From contig CAVTZO010000015.1 in the NCBI GenBank assembly GCA_963739145.1, positions 7,335 through 71,334 of the forward strand: a DNA stretch of 64,000 nucleotides, given 5' to 3'. Below, in pieces: positions 10,205 through 19,757 of this stretch (the stretch's first letter is position 1; each line of letters opens with the position of its first letter). Below the pieces are notes generated by a model. That model was not told the DNA's origin and searched no databases. It was given only the letters and a program-made list of their open reading frames with translations. The position numbers and the translations under genes are program-made. This stretch comes from an uncultured beta proteobacterium. Its GTDB lineage: Bacteria > Pseudomonadota > Gammaproteobacteria > Burkholderiales > Burkholderiaceae_F.

Positions 10205-11584
10205 CTAGCCTGTGTCGGGTACTTGCGCGCTCGCATCAGCCCTTGCCGGATCAGGGGATGACAGGTCGATGACAGGCGCGAACCGCACTTCGACGCGCAG
10301 TCCTCCCAGCGGGGAGCCGGTCAGCTGCACCGCCGCACCGTGGCGCTGAGCGATGCTGCGCACGATCGCAAGGCCCAGGCCGCTGCCGGTTTCATCCTGT
10401 CCGGCCGCGTCGCCGCCGGCGCGCCGGTAAAAGCGGTCGAATACGCGCGCGCGGTCCGACTCCGGGATTCCGGGCCCGGAATCGTCGACCGTCAGTGCGA
10501 CCTGCCCGCGTTCTTCGGTCAGGGCCAGCTCGACCCGTCCGCCGGCCGGCGTGTAACGCACCGCGTTGTCGGCCAGGTTGCGCGCCAGGACGCGCAACTC
10601 CGTTGCGTCGCCCTGCACGGTGCAGGCACCGCGCGCGTCCAGCGACAGGCGGATCGATCGGGCGTCGGCCAGGGGCACCACGTCGGCCACGGCCTGGCGT
10701 GCGGCCTCGGCCAGGCTGGTCGGCGCCAGCGCGGCCCGCTGCGCGCCGGGCTCGGCGCGCGCCAGGGTCAGCAGCTGCGTCACCAGGTGCGTTGCGCGCT
10801 CGATGCCCGCCGACAGCGTCTCGAGGGCCTGGTCGCGCGAGGCCGGGTCGGTCGAACGGCGCAGCAGCTGCAACTGCAGCTTCAGCGCGGTCAACGGGGA
10901 GCGCAGCTCGTGCGCCGCGTCCGAAACGAATGCGCGCTGCGCGTCGAAGGCGGCGCGCAGCCGCCCCAGCAGCGCGTTGATCGATTCGACCAGAGGGGAC
11001 ACCTCGGTCGGCAGGCCGGATGCCGCCACCGGGTCGAGCGCGTCGGCGTCGCGCCGTTTCACTTCCGTGGCCAGTCGCCGTACCGGACGCAGTGAGGCAC
11101 CCACCGACCAGCCGATCGCCAACGCCAGGATCGGTACCAAGGCCAGAATCGGCGCGACCCCGCGCAGCGCGGCCTGGGCCGCCAGCTGGCGCCGGATCGC
11201 AAGCCGTTGCGCCACCTGGATCACCCTGTCGCGCGTCGCGGTGCTGAACACGCGCCAGGTTCCGTCGCCAAGGCGGATCTGGGTGAAGCCCAGTATCGCG
11301 CGCGGCGGCAGCGCCAGCCCCGGGTTCGAGGTATAGATGCGTGTTCCGTCGATCGTCCAGATCTGCACCACGAAGTCGAAGTCGTCGTTGGCCAGAGCGG
11401 CTGCTTCGTCGGGCGCAATGAAGCCCTGGTCGCGCAGCGAAAGGGCCATCTGGCGCAGCTGGTAATCGAACAGGGCCTCGGCTTCGCGCAGCACGTTGTA
11501 GTAGGTGATCGCGGCGCCGACCAGCGCGCTCAGTACCACTACTGACAGCAGCGAAACCAGCAGCCGCGCACGAATCGATTTCAC
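10205..11584 (-). CDS. Two-component sensor histidine kinase (QseC/PmrB-like)
   Basis: Two TM segments, a HAMP-like region, the H-box SDAAHELRSPLTAL and ATPase boxes (DDSGPGIP, GSGLGLAIV). It overlaps the upstream regulator gene by 4 nt. Confidence 0.8.
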   Translation of the reverse strand: MKSIRARLLVSLLSVVVLSALVGAAITYYNVLREAEALFDYQLRQMALSLRDQGFIAPDEAAALANDDFDFVVQIWTIDGTRIYTSNPGLALPPRAILGFTQIRLGDGTWRVFSTATRDRVIQVAQRLAIRRQLAAQAALRGVAPILALVPILALAIGWSVGASLRPVRRLATEVKRRDADALDPVAASGLPTEVSPLVESINALLGRLRAAFDAQRAFVSDAAHELRSPLTALKLQLQLLRRSTDPASRDQALETLSAGIERATHLVTQLLTLARAEPGAQRAALAPTSLAEAARQAVADVVPLADARSIRLSLDARGACTVQGDATELRVLARNLADNAVRYTPAGGRVELALTEERGQVALTVDDSGPGIPESDRARVFDRFYRRAGGDAAGQDETGSGLGLAIVRSIAQRHGAAVQLTGSPLGGLRVEVRFAPVIDLSSPDPARADASAQVPDTG

Positions 11585-12252
11585 CGCGGCTCCCCTGGGC
11601 GGCCCACGTAGTAGCCGACTCCGCGTACGTTGCGGATGAAGTCGTTGCCGAGCTTGCGGCGCAGCTGGTGGATGTAGACCGAGACCGCGTTGCTCTCGAT
11701 TGCATCGCCCCAGCCGTACAGCCGGTCCTCCAGCTGGGCGCGCGACAGGATCGCGCCCGGCCGCATCATCAGGGCCTCGAGCACAGCGTATTCGCGCGCG
11801 GACAGCATGGCCGGCTCGCCGTCGACCGTGACCTGGCGCAGCGACGGGTCGAGGCGCACCCGCCCGACCTGCATCGCGGGTTCGGCGCGGCCCGATTTGC
11901 GGCGCGTGACGGCGCGGATGCGCGCTGCCAGCTCCTCCAGCTCGAAGGGCTTGACCAGGTAATCGTCGGCGCCGGCGTCCAGGCCCGTGACCCGGTCGGC
12001 CAGTGCGTCGCGCGCGGTCAGCACGATGACCGGCGTCTGGTCATGCCGGGAGCGCATAGCCCGCAGGATCTCGATGCCGTCGCGTTGCGGCAGGCCCAGG
12101 TCCAGCAGTACGAGGTCGAACTGCTCGCTTGCCAGAGTGATTTCGGCGCTGCGGCCATCGCGCACCCAATCGACCGCGCCACCGTCCTGCCGCAGCGCGG
12201 TGCGGATGCTCTCTCCGATCATCCGATCGTCTTCGACCAGCAGGATTCGCAT
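11581..12252 (-). CDS. OmpR-family response regulator (QseB/PmrA-like)
   Basis: The ATG at 12252 gives MRILLVEDDRMIGESI..., with a receiver and a winged-helix domain. The 75-aa N-terminal extension of the listed ORF is Arg/Cys-rich and is rejected. Confidence 0.85.
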   Translation of the reverse strand: MRILLVEDDRMIGESIRTALRQDGGAVDWVRDGRSAEITLASEQFDLVLLDLGLPQRDGIEILRAMRSRHDQTPVIVLTARDALADRVTGLDAGADDYLVKPFELEELAARIRAVTRRKSGRAEPAMQVGRVRLDPSLRQVTVDGEPAMLSAREYAVLEALMMRPGAILSRAQLEDRLYGWGDAIESNAVSVYIHQLRRKLGNDFIRNVRGVGYYVGRPGEPR

Positions 12253-12341
12253 CGGATCGTCCAGCCTCCGGCAAGGCCGGATTGCTTCAAAGCACAGCAG
12301 GCAGGGTGCGGTATCGTTATCGTAATCGGGTGGCGAACGAG

Positions 12342-12815
12342 ATGGCACGCATCGGGCTGATTTCCGACACGCACGGCCTTCTGCGGCCGCAAGCGGTTTC
12401 ATTCCTCCGGGGTTGCGACCACATCGTCCACGGTGGCGACATCGGCCGCGCCGAAATCCTTGCCCAGCTGTCGGCATTGGCGCCGATCACCGCGGTCCGC
12501 GGGAACAACGACGCGGGCGTCTGGGCCGTCCGCCTGGCGCAGACCGAGCTCGTTCAGATAGGCGAGGTCTACATCTACGTGTTGCACGACGTCGCCCAGC
12601 TCGACATCGATCCGAAGGCCGCCGGCGTGCACGTGGTCGTTTCGGGGCACTCCCACAAACCGTCGGTCGGCCGCCGCGACGGCATTCTCTATGTCAACCC
12701 GGGAAGCGCCGGCCCGCGTCGCTTCGCGCTTCCGATTTCGGTTGCCGAGCTGATCGTCGCCGACGGCGCCGTGTCGGCGCGCCTGGTCGAGCTTGCGCAG
12801 GAAGATGTTGCCTGA
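12342..12815 (+). CDS. YfcE-type metallophosphoesterase
   Basis: The motifs ISDTHG, HGGDIG, GNND, SGHSH and NPGS appear in canonical order. Confidence 0.75.
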   Translation: MARIGLISDTHGLLRPQAVSFLRGCDHIVHGGDIGRAEILAQLSALAPITAVRGNNDAGVWAVRLAQTELVQIGEVYIYVLHDVAQLDIDPKAAGVHVVVSGHSHKPSVGRRDGILYVNPGSAGPRRFALPISVAELIVADGAVSARLVELAQEDVA

Positions 12816-12829
12816 ATGGGACAACCCCG

Positions 12830-13036
12830 ATGAAGACTTTGCTCGGGCTGATCGGTTGGTGCCTTCTGTTCGTGCTGTGCTGGCCGGTCGCACTGCTCGC
12901 CCTGGTGCTGTGGCCGCTGGTGTGGCTCGTGTCGCTGCCGTTGCGGCTGCTGGGCGTCACGCTCGAAGCGGTGTTCGCGTTGCTGCGCACCATCCTGTTT
13001 CTGCCGGCACGCGTGCTCGGCTACCGCGGCAAATAG
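12830..13036 (+). CDS. Small hydrophobic membrane protein (68 aa), function unknown
   Basis: The ATG lies 15 nt after the preceding stop. Two predicted TM helices (LLGLIGWCLLFVLCWPVALLALVLWPLVWLV). No family recognised. Confidence 0.4.
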   Translation: MKTLLGLIGWCLLFVLCWPVALLALVLWPLVWLVSLPLRLLGVTLEAVFALLRTILFLPARVLGYRGK

Positions 13037-13055
13037 GCGGTCTGCCGCTCGGCAA

Positions 13056-13802
13056 TCAAGGGCGAAGAAACGTGACCCTGACGATGCGGCCGCCCTTTGT
13101 CTCGTAGATCGCGACGGCGTCGGTCACCTTGCCGTCCGGCAGGCCTGTGACTCGCTCCTGGTCGATCACGAAGCGATCAAACACGGTGCGATGCTGGATC
13201 GTGGCGTGTAGCTGGTCAGCGGGCTGGAAAAGCTTGCGGTAGCGCTCGCGCATTGCGTCCTTGCCTGACGCCAGAGGCTGATCCGGATAGTCGAAGATCC
13301 GTGCGTCGTCGGCATAGAAGCTCAGGAAGCGCTCCAGATCACGCGCATTGAATGCGTCGACCTGGGCCTGGACGATTTCACTGGACGACGGCACGGCCAT
13401 GGCCGCTGGCGCCGCCATGGCCGCCGCCCCAGCTGTCACTCCTGGCGCGGGCGTGGCCGCTGGCGAGGCCGAAGTCACCGGCGGGGCAGGAGTCTGGACG
13501 AAGGGCGCCGCCGCATCGCCGCCGCAGCGATAGGCGGTTCCCGTTCTGCGCAGCGACGACGTGATCAGCAATACGTTGCCGCCCAGGCTCAGCGTTTCAT
13601 TTCTCATGCGACGATCCACGTCGGGGTCCGTCATCATCGGAGGGGGACTGCTCATATCCCCGACCGGCATGCAGCCCGTCACGTCGGTGGCATTGCGGGT
13701 GACCTTTACCTGGTCGCCTCCGGGAGCAAGGGACACGCTTGCGCATCCTGCGGCCACTGTGCAGATCGCCGCTACGGTCGGTTTCCATCGAACAGTCTTC
13801 AT
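13056..13802 (-). CDS. Lipoprotein with a DUF4156-like N-domain fused by an Ala/Pro linker to a SnoaL/NTF2-like domain
   Basis: Lipobox AAGC after MKTVRWKPTVAAICTV. VTRNATDVTGC...LGGNVLL...GTAYRC resembles DUF4156. The C-terminal part (IVQAQVDAFNARDLERFLSFYADDARIF...) is NTF2-like. Confidence 0.5.
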   Translation of the reverse strand: MKTVRWKPTVAAICTVAAGCASVSLAPGGDQVKVTRNATDVTGCMPVGDMSSPPPMMTDPDVDRRMRNETLSLGGNVLLITSSLRRTGTAYRCGGDAAAPFVQTPAPPVTSASPAATPAPGVTAGAAAMAAPAAMAVPSSSEIVQAQVDAFNARDLERFLSFYADDARIFDYPDQPLASGKDAMRERYRKLFQPADQLHATIQHRTVFDRFVIDQERVTGLPDGKVTDAVAIYETKGGRIVRVTFLRP

Positions 13803-13879
13803 CAGCGCCTCCAGGGGCGGGTCAAGGTTGATCACGAGACGGGCGTTCTCGTGGGGCATGAACGCAGGCGCCCCTGCGT

Positions 13880-14290
13880 TCAATACGTCATGCAGGCCGC
13901 ATTGAGCAGACCCAGCGAGATCGCCATCGCGGCCAGGAATATTCCGCTGGCAAGCTTACCGTCTGCCACGTCGCGCGGCAGGTGGGGCACGAACTGGTGC
14001 ACCAGGAAGTAGGCCAGAAGCTGGACCAGCAGGGCGACGACGGCCCAGATCACCATGTCGATCAGCGACGCGCTGTTTTCGACGGCGCTCGCCAGCGGCA
14101 GCACGAACCCGATCACGGCTCCGCTCAAGCTGGTGCTGGCGGCTACGTTGCCCTCGCGGATCAGCTTGATCTCGGGATACGGCGTCATGCGCAGGTAAAC
14201 GGCCAGGAACACGGCGAGCAGAAGCAGTCCGACCGCGAAATAGGCCGCGAATTCGGGCAGACCGGCGAGCGATGCGGCGGTGATCTGCAT
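13880..14290 (-). CDS. DUF350 (YjfL-like) inner-membrane protein
   Basis: Four predicted TM helices. The context with GspS-like and DUF1190 genes matches E. coli yjfL-yjfM-yjfC. Confidence 0.65.
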   Translation of the reverse strand: MQITAASLAGLPEFAAYFAVGLLLLAVFLAVYLRMTPYPEIKLIREGNVAASTSLSGAVIGFVLPLASAVENSASLIDMVIWAVVALLVQLLAYFLVHQFVPHLPRDVADGKLASGIFLAAMAISLGLLNAACMTY

Positions 14291-14322
14291 GGTCGGTTGG
14301 CTCCTCGCGTACGCGCAGTCGA

Positions 14323-15468
14323 CTAGGTGAAGTAGTGCGGGACGAAGCGGCTGGTGTTGCGTGTGATCGCAGACCCGTCCTCGCGCAGGCCGATGCCGGC
14401 CGGCTCGCCGTCCACGATCCAGCTGCCGATCGCCGCATGATCCTGGCCGAAGCGGGGCAGCGGGGCGAGCGCCTGAAACACGCAGTCCTCGCTGTCATAC
14501 GGCCCGTCGGATTGTTCGACGCACGCGCCATCGATCAGCGTCACGTTGGCGCCTTCGCGCGCCAGCTTCGGCTTGCGCGCATAGCGCGTTCCGAGGGGGG
14601 CCGGGTCGTAGTACGCCGGAAGCAGATTCGGGTGGTCCGGAAACAGCTCCCACAGCACCACCAGCAGGGCCTTGTTGGACAGCAGCATCTTCCAGGGCGG
14701 TTCGATGAACTGGACATGCGAGCCCGGCAGGTGAATTCCGAATTCCTCGCGCGCCATCCACTCCCAGGGATACAGCTTGAACAGGGTTTCGATCGGTTGA
14801 TTGTCCTGGTCCACGAAGTCGATGCCGGCATGCCCGATCTGGTCCATCGGCAGCGCGACCGTGCTCCAACCGGCCTGCATTGCGGTATCGCGCAGATATT
14901 CAAGATTGCCCCAGTCCTCGGGGCTGTCGTCTTCGCCGACCGCCGCGAAATGAAGGCGCCGCGCCGAGCTGGAGCGCTTCAGGCGCGTCCAGGCCGCGAT
15001 CAGCTTCTCGTGGATCGAGTTGAACTGGTCGGCCTTTGGCCGCACCGCCTGCAGCCAGTGCCATTGCGCCACGCTCGCCTCCAGGCAGGCGGTGGGCGTG
15101 TCGGCGTTGTATTCCAGCAGCTTGGGGGCATCCGTGCCGTCGTACCTAAGATCCATGCGGCCGAACAACGAAAACCCCGCGCAGTGGCCCTGCTCGAACG
15201 CCTCGAAGCTGCGTTCGATCGATGGCGTCATTTCCGGCGTGATCGCGAACTCCGGGTAGCGGCCGTGCTCGATCACATGTCGCGCAGCGTCGAGCGCGCG
15301 CAGGTGCAGCTCGGCGCTGGCCGCCTCCAGCCGATCGATCTCGTCGCTCGAGAAGCGATAGCACCGGCTTTCGTCCCAGTAAACGCCGTCGATCGTGTGA
15401 TAGTGGAAGCCGAGCGCCTCCATCTGCTGCTGCCAGCCGTCGCGCGGACGCAAGGCTTCCCTGAGCAT
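14323..15468 (-). CDS. Glutathionylspermidine synthase-family ATP-grasp protein (YjfC/YgiC-like)
   Basis: 381 aa. The pre-ATP-grasp pattern (DLRYDGTDAPKLLEYNADTPT...) is present and the gene sits beside DUF1190. Confidence 0.75.
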   Translation of the reverse strand: MLREALRPRDGWQQQMEALGFHYHTIDGVYWDESRCYRFSSDEIDRLEAASAELHLRALDAARHVIEHGRYPEFAITPEMTPSIERSFEAFEQGHCAGFSLFGRMDLRYDGTDAPKLLEYNADTPTACLEASVAQWHWLQAVRPKADQFNSIHEKLIAAWTRLKRSSSARRLHFAAVGEDDSPEDWGNLEYLRDTAMQAGWSTVALPMDQIGHAGIDFVDQDNQPIETLFKLYPWEWMAREEFGIHLPGSHVQFIEPPWKMLLSNKALLVVLWELFPDHPNLLPAYYDPAPLGTRYARKPKLAREGANVTLIDGACVEQSDGPYDSEDCVFQALAPLPRFGQDHAAIGSWIVDGEPAGIGLREDGSAITRNTSRFVPHYFT

Positions 15469-15857
15469 CAGCCGAGGCGCCCGAAGGAATGGGCTGAACT
15501 GCCGAAGCCGCCTCGCGAGGGCACGGCCTGTTCGATCGCGTGATTGCCGGTTGCGGGAGCCGCCGGGTCCAGCTGTCCGAGTTGCAGGGCTTGCCTGCGC
15601 GCCTGGTATTGAGCTTCATCGCGATAGCCGATAGGGTAGTTCGGCCCCCGATAGAAGATCCCCGGACCTCCCAGGCTGGAGGGGCGGCGGTCGTCGTCCT
15701 GATCGCACACATCGGGCCGCCCCCAGTCGGCCGAGCACTCCTGCAGGCTCGCGTAGCGATCGTGTACGACACCTCGGGTATCTGGCGAGCAGGCCGGCAA
15801 GGAAACGGTCCCGATCAGGACCAGCACGATCCGCTGGGAGCGGCGGCGCTCGGACAT
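15468..15857 (-). CDS. DUF1190 (YjfM/YgiB-like) lipoprotein
   Basis: Signal with lipobox (LIGTVSLPACS), then YASLQECSADWG, which is typical of DUF1190. The gene overlaps the GspS-like gene by 1 nt. Confidence 0.6.
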   Translation of the reverse strand: MSERRRSQRIVLVLIGTVSLPACSPDTRGVVHDRYASLQECSADWGRPDVCDQDDDRRPSSLGGPGIFYRGPNYPIGYRDEAQYQARRQALQLGQLDPAAPATGNHAIEQAVPSRGGFGSSAHSFGRLG

Positions 15858-15884
15858 GGCCGGAGCATACCGGCACTGTCAGCT

Positions 15885-15985
15885 GTTCTCCCTCTCCCGC
15901 TTGCGTGAGAGGGTGGGGGTGAGGGTGTCGATCCATGCGATCAACCTCACCCCGACCCTCTGCCACTGCATGGGAGAGGGAGAAC
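15885..15985. repeat. Pair of REP-like elements in inverted orientation
   Basis: 15885-15927 (TTCTCCCTCTCCCGC...GGGTGGGGGTGAGGG) and 15945-15985 (CCTCACCCCGACCCTCTGCC...GGGAGAGGGAGAA) are approximate reverse complements of each other. Confidence 0.7.
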
Positions 15986-15996
15986 TGAACGCACTT

Positions 15997-18024
15997 CTAT
16001 TTCGTTGGCAGCACCACCGGCGGGCGCGTCGAAAACGGCCTGATCTGCATCGCCGAGTGGATCTCGTCCGGAAAAATCACGGCGCCATCCTTCATGACCA
16101 GCCGGACCTGGCGAAGCAGGCCCACATCCCGCGTCGGGTCGCCCGGGACCAGCAGCAGGTCGGCGCGCTTGCCGCGCTCTATCGTGCCGAGCTGCTGGTC
16201 GAGCGCGAAGTACTTCGCGCAGCCCAGGGTCGCGATCCGCAGTACCTCCGCGGGAGCGATCCCGGCGCGCTGCCAGGTTTCCAGCTCGCTGTGCAGCATC
16301 ATTCCGGGAAAGTCGTCCGTGCCGGGCAGGATCCGGATGCCCGAGTCGTGCAGCAGCTTGACCGCATCGAGCAGCTTCTGGGCGGAGGCCCGGTAGGCGC
16401 CGTCCTGGTCGGGCTTCATGTCGAGCATCGCGACCTTCAGTCCGCGCTGCACCGGCCCGGGCATGTGATCGGCCCAGGGTGACTTCACCGAGCTCAGCTG
16501 TCCTGGCCGCGCCAGGAGCATCCCGTAGAACCCGGCAAGTGTCGTATCGTGCGCCGTGCCGCGCTCCTGCATCAACTTGATCATCCGCTGGAAAGGCGCG
16601 CCGTGCAGATCCAGCTGGGCGGTGCGCTCGCCCAGCGCCGTGAAACGAAACGGGGTGCGCGTGTCCTCCTTGTCGGTGTCGATCATGAAGCCGAGCAGCA
16701 GCTGATTGATGTGAGTCACTTCGTCGTAGCCGTCCCGTACGACGCGTTCCGAACTGGAGAAGGCAGGCACGTGCCCGGCCACCCGCATGCCGAGGCGGTG
16801 CGCCTCCTTCGCCAGGGGTTGCACCCAGTCGGGATGAGCCGAGTTGTAGATCTTCAGCTGCCAGTAGCCGTGCGCCGCGTACCAGCGAACCGCCTTCAGG
16901 CCGTCCTCCAGGTTGTCGACGACGAAGCCCGTGTGAGCCGAATAAGGGCTGCGCCCCTCGAGAAAGCCCGACCGGATCACGCGCGGCCCCAGCACGCCGC
17001 CGGCATCGATTTCCTGGGTGAGCTCGAGCAGGGGCAGATTGTCGTTGCCCATGTCGCGCACGGTCGTGGCTCCCGCTGCGACGTGCAGCGGTCCGTCCCA
17101 CGGGCTCAAGTGCACGTGCACGTCGAACAGGCTCGGAAGCACGGTGCCTCCCTCGCCGTCGATCGCGACCGCTTCGGGCGGCGGCGTCATGTCGGCGCCG
17201 ATGGCGGTGATGACTCCCCGGAAACTGACCACCGTCGTCAGGGCGCTCAGCGCCCCGCTGTCCGGGTCGAGCACGCGCACGTTGCGCAGGTAGATGGGTG
17301 CATCCCAGCGGTGTACGGTCTTGCGCGTGAACTCGCGCAGCGTCTCCTTGTCCAGCGAGTTCGCCAGCTCCTTCAGCTGGTCCGCCGCACCGGCCCATTC
17401 CTCCGGAACCACGAGCATGAAGCCGCTCAAGTACCCCCGGAAGCGCTGCGAGGTGTCGGCCAGGATGAAGGTCGGCGTCACATCCAGTCCCCACAGTGCC
17501 CACACCGTGGCCGGCTGTTCGCCGGATGCCGAACGGATCCGCACTTCGTGTATGCGCTCTGCGCGGACCGAACCGGCCGGCCAGCCCGCAAGCGTCCGCT
17601 CGGGCGCGGCCAGCAGCGCTTTCAGATAAACGCCCAGCGCGTACGGGCTGGCGTCGTTGGCGATGTACAGGTGCGCCGCAGCCGCCGGCGCCGATCCCTG
17701 GTCGTTCAGCGTCTTCCATTGCGCGGTGTCGCCGTGCCAGTCGAACGACTCGTCGATCGGGGCTCCGAACCAGGCCGCGCCCTTGACGCTCCAGGCGTGC
17801 GGCAACCCGTCGGATCCCAGCACGATGGTTTCCTTCGTTTTCGACCCACGCCCGTTGTCGTCGACGTGATAGTCGACCTCGATGCGGTCGGCGCGCGTCG
17901 TCGCGTTCAGGTAGCCGGCCTTCTCGCCGTTCACGATCACGACCAGCCGCTCATCGGCGTCCGCGGCCGGCGCGGGCGTGGCGATCGACATCCACAGCAG
18001 CAGCGCAAGAATCGACCTTCCCAT
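15997..18024 (-). CDS. Secreted amidohydrolase-family protein
   Basis: The ATG at 18024 gives the signal peptide MGRSILALLLWMSIATPAPAADA. The metal-binding FDVHVHL motif is present, and the C-terminal ...ADLLLVPGDP... is typical of the amidohydrolase superfamily. Confidence 0.7.
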   Translation of the reverse strand: MGRSILALLLWMSIATPAPAADADERLVVIVNGEKAGYLNATTRADRIEVDYHVDDNGRGSKTKETIVLGSDGLPHAWSVKGAAWFGAPIDESFDWHGDTAQWKTLNDQGSAPAAAAHLYIANDASPYALGVYLKALLAAPERTLAGWPAGSVRAERIHEVRIRSASGEQPATVWALWGLDVTPTFILADTSQRFRGYLSGFMLVVPEEWAGAADQLKELANSLDKETLREFTRKTVHRWDAPIYLRNVRVLDPDSGALSALTTVVSFRGVITAIGADMTPPPEAVAIDGEGGTVLPSLFDVHVHLSPWDGPLHVAAGATTVRDMGNDNLPLLELTQEIDAGGVLGPRVIRSGFLEGRSPYSAHTGFVVDNLEDGLKAVRWYAAHGYWQLKIYNSAHPDWVQPLAKEAHRLGMRVAGHVPAFSSSERVVRDGYDEVTHINQLLLGFMIDTDKEDTRTPFRFTALGERTAQLDLHGAPFQRMIKLMQERGTAHDTTLAGFYGMLLARPGQLSSVKSPWADHMPGPVQRGLKVAMLDMKPDQDGAYRASAQKLLDAVKLLHDSGIRILPGTDDFPGMMLHSELETWQRAGIAPAEVLRIATLGCAKYFALDQQLGTIERGKRADLLLVPGDPTRDVGLLRQVRLVMKDGAVIFPDEIHSAMQIRPFSTRPPVVLPTK

Positions 18025-18263
18025 GGATCCCCTCCGTATCCTTGCTGCGATCTGATTCGGTCCGGTTGCCCGGGTGCACGTCAGGCATTCGATCACACAG
18101 ACGCATACACACCCCGCAAGACGACAAACGGCGCGCCAAACCGCCGGGTCCGGTCCCGCGGCGTGTTATCGACGGAGCGCGAGCGCGGGCGTGGCGGCTT
18201 AAGACGCTGCGCCGATTACCGCATTGAGGTTTTGCTATCGTTAAGACAAAGGAGGGCGGTCGC

Positions 18264-18650
18264 GTGATCACACACTCCGGGGGCTGTCACTGCGGGCGGG
18301 TCCGATTCGAAGTGATCGCGCCGGCCGAGCTCGAGGTCGGCGAGTGCAACTGCTCCGTGTGCGGCAAGGCAGGCTACCTGCACCTGGTCGTTCCCGCCGA
18401 TCGTTTCAAGCTGCTGTCCGGCGGCGAGGTCTTGACGACGTACAGCTTCAACACCCAAACGGCGAAGCACCTTTTCTGCTCGGTTTGCGGCGTCAAGTCG
18501 TTCTACGTGCCGCGCTCGCACCCGGATGGCTTCAGCGTGAACGCGCGCTGCCTCGACCCGGGTACCGTGAAGGAAATGCGCATCGAGCAGATCAATGGCC
18601 GCGAGTGGGAAAAACAGTACCCGAAAGGTCGCGGAGATTACGACGCGTGA
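18264..18650 (+). CDS. GFA-family (glutathione-dependent formaldehyde-activating / CENP-V-like) zinc protein
   Basis: The Cys pattern GGCHCGRVRF...CNCSVC...FCSVCG is present. AAGGAGGG lies upstream of the GTG start. Confidence 0.75.
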   Translation: MITHSGGCHCGRVRFEVIAPAELEVGECNCSVCGKAGYLHLVVPADRFKLLSGGEVLTTYSFNTQTAKHLFCSVCGVKSFYVPRSHPDGFSVNARCLDPGTVKEMRIEQINGREWEKQYPKGRGDYDA

Positions 18651-18734
18651 GGGCGGGCCTTTTCCTTGTCGCGCCGGCCGGAGCCTTGCCGCCAGGCAGC
18701 AGGCGATGAGCCGCAAGACATCGGCGACCGATCC

Positions 18735-19247
18735 ATGTTCACTAGAAGCCCCCTGAGGTTCGCGCTGCTGCTCGGCTGCGCCGCGCTGTTCATCGGGCTG
18801 ACGTCGTATTCGCTGCCCGATACGGTGGCGTCGCACTTCGAAGCCGACGGGTTCGCGAACGGCTTCATGCGACGCGCGATGTACATCCGCTTCACGCTCG
18901 CGTTCGCGCTCGGGCTGCCCGTGCTGCTGGGCGCGGTGTCGTACTTCGCGTTCGGTGCTTCCAATGCCCGCATCAACCTGCCGAACCGCGAGTACTGGCT
19001 CGCTCCCGAGCGAAGGGACCAGACCGTGTCCTATCTGCGCGCGCATATGGCTCGTTTCAATTCAGTTCTGGTCGTGTTCCTCTGCTACGTGCACTGGCTG
19101 GTGGTGCGCGCCAACCAGGTCCAGCCTCCGCACATGTCGACGCCGGCCATGCTCACCGCCCTGGCCGCGTTTGCCGTGTATGCGATTTTCTGGACCCGTT
19201 TCTTCCTGCGGCGCTTTCGCAATGCGCCGCCGGGGCAACCGGGTTGA
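18735..19247 (+). CDS. Membrane protein, DUF1648-like
   Basis: Four predicted TM segments and the N-terminal LPDTVASHFEADGFANGFM motif. The internal ATG at 18735 is preferred over the listed start. Confidence 0.45.
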   Translation: MFTRSPLRFALLLGCAALFIGLTSYSLPDTVASHFEADGFANGFMRRAMYIRFTLAFALGLPVLLGAVSYFAFGASNARINLPNREYWLAPERRDQTVSYLRAHMARFNSVLVVFLCYVHWLVVRANQVQPPHMSTPAMLTALAAFAVYAIFWTRFFLRRFRNAPPGQPG

Positions 19248-19259
19248 GGGGGAGCCGAC

Positions 19260-19757
19260 ATGCAGGACACGCTGGTTCGACCCGCCACGGCCGCCGACGC
19301 CGAGGCGATCGCCGGCATCTACGACCACTACGTGTCGAATACGACGATCACGTTCGAGGAGGAGCCGGTTGGGCCCCTCGAGATGGCCAGGCGCATCGAA
19401 GAAGTCCGCGCTGGCGCGCTGCCCTGGCTGGTGGCCGAGGATTCCCACCGCGTCGTCGCGTTCGCCTATGCCGGCAAGTGGAAGGGGCGATGCGCGTATC
19501 GCCATTCGGCCGAAAGCACCATCTATGTCGATCCGGCGCTCGCCGGTCGCGGCATCGGAACCCAGCTGTACCGGGCGTTGCTGGCCGAGCTGCGTGGCAG
19601 GTCGATTCACGTCGTGATCGGTGGCATCGCGCTGCCGAACCCGGCGAGCATCGCGCTGCACGAACGCCTCGGGTTCAGCAAGGTGGCGCACTTCAAGGAG
19701 GTCGGATACAAGTTCGACCGGTGGATCGACGTCGGTTACTGGCAGACATCTCCGTGA
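19260..19757 (+). CDS. GNAT N-acetyltransferase, phosphinothricin-acetyltransferase-like
   Basis: IRPATAADAEAIAGIYDHYV...TFEEEP...YVDPALAGRGIGTQLY matches the PAT-type GNAT layout. Confidence 0.75.
   Translation: MQDTLVRPATAADAEAIAGIYDHYVSNTTITFEEEPVGPLEMARRIEEVRAGALPWLVAEDSHRVVAFAYAGKWKGRCAYRHSAESTIYVDPALAGRGIGTQLYRALLAELRGRSIHVVIGGIALPNPASIALHERLGFSKVAHFKEVGYKFDRWIDVGYWQTSP

Noticed and set aside
11581-12477. 298-aa version of the response regulator with a 75-aa N-terminal extension. Similar extended starts are listed for 13883, 18096, 27049, 33715, 55080 and 59427.
   Set aside because: The extensions are Arg/Cys/Pro-rich and lack an RBS. Internal ATGs give canonical N-termini or signal peptides.
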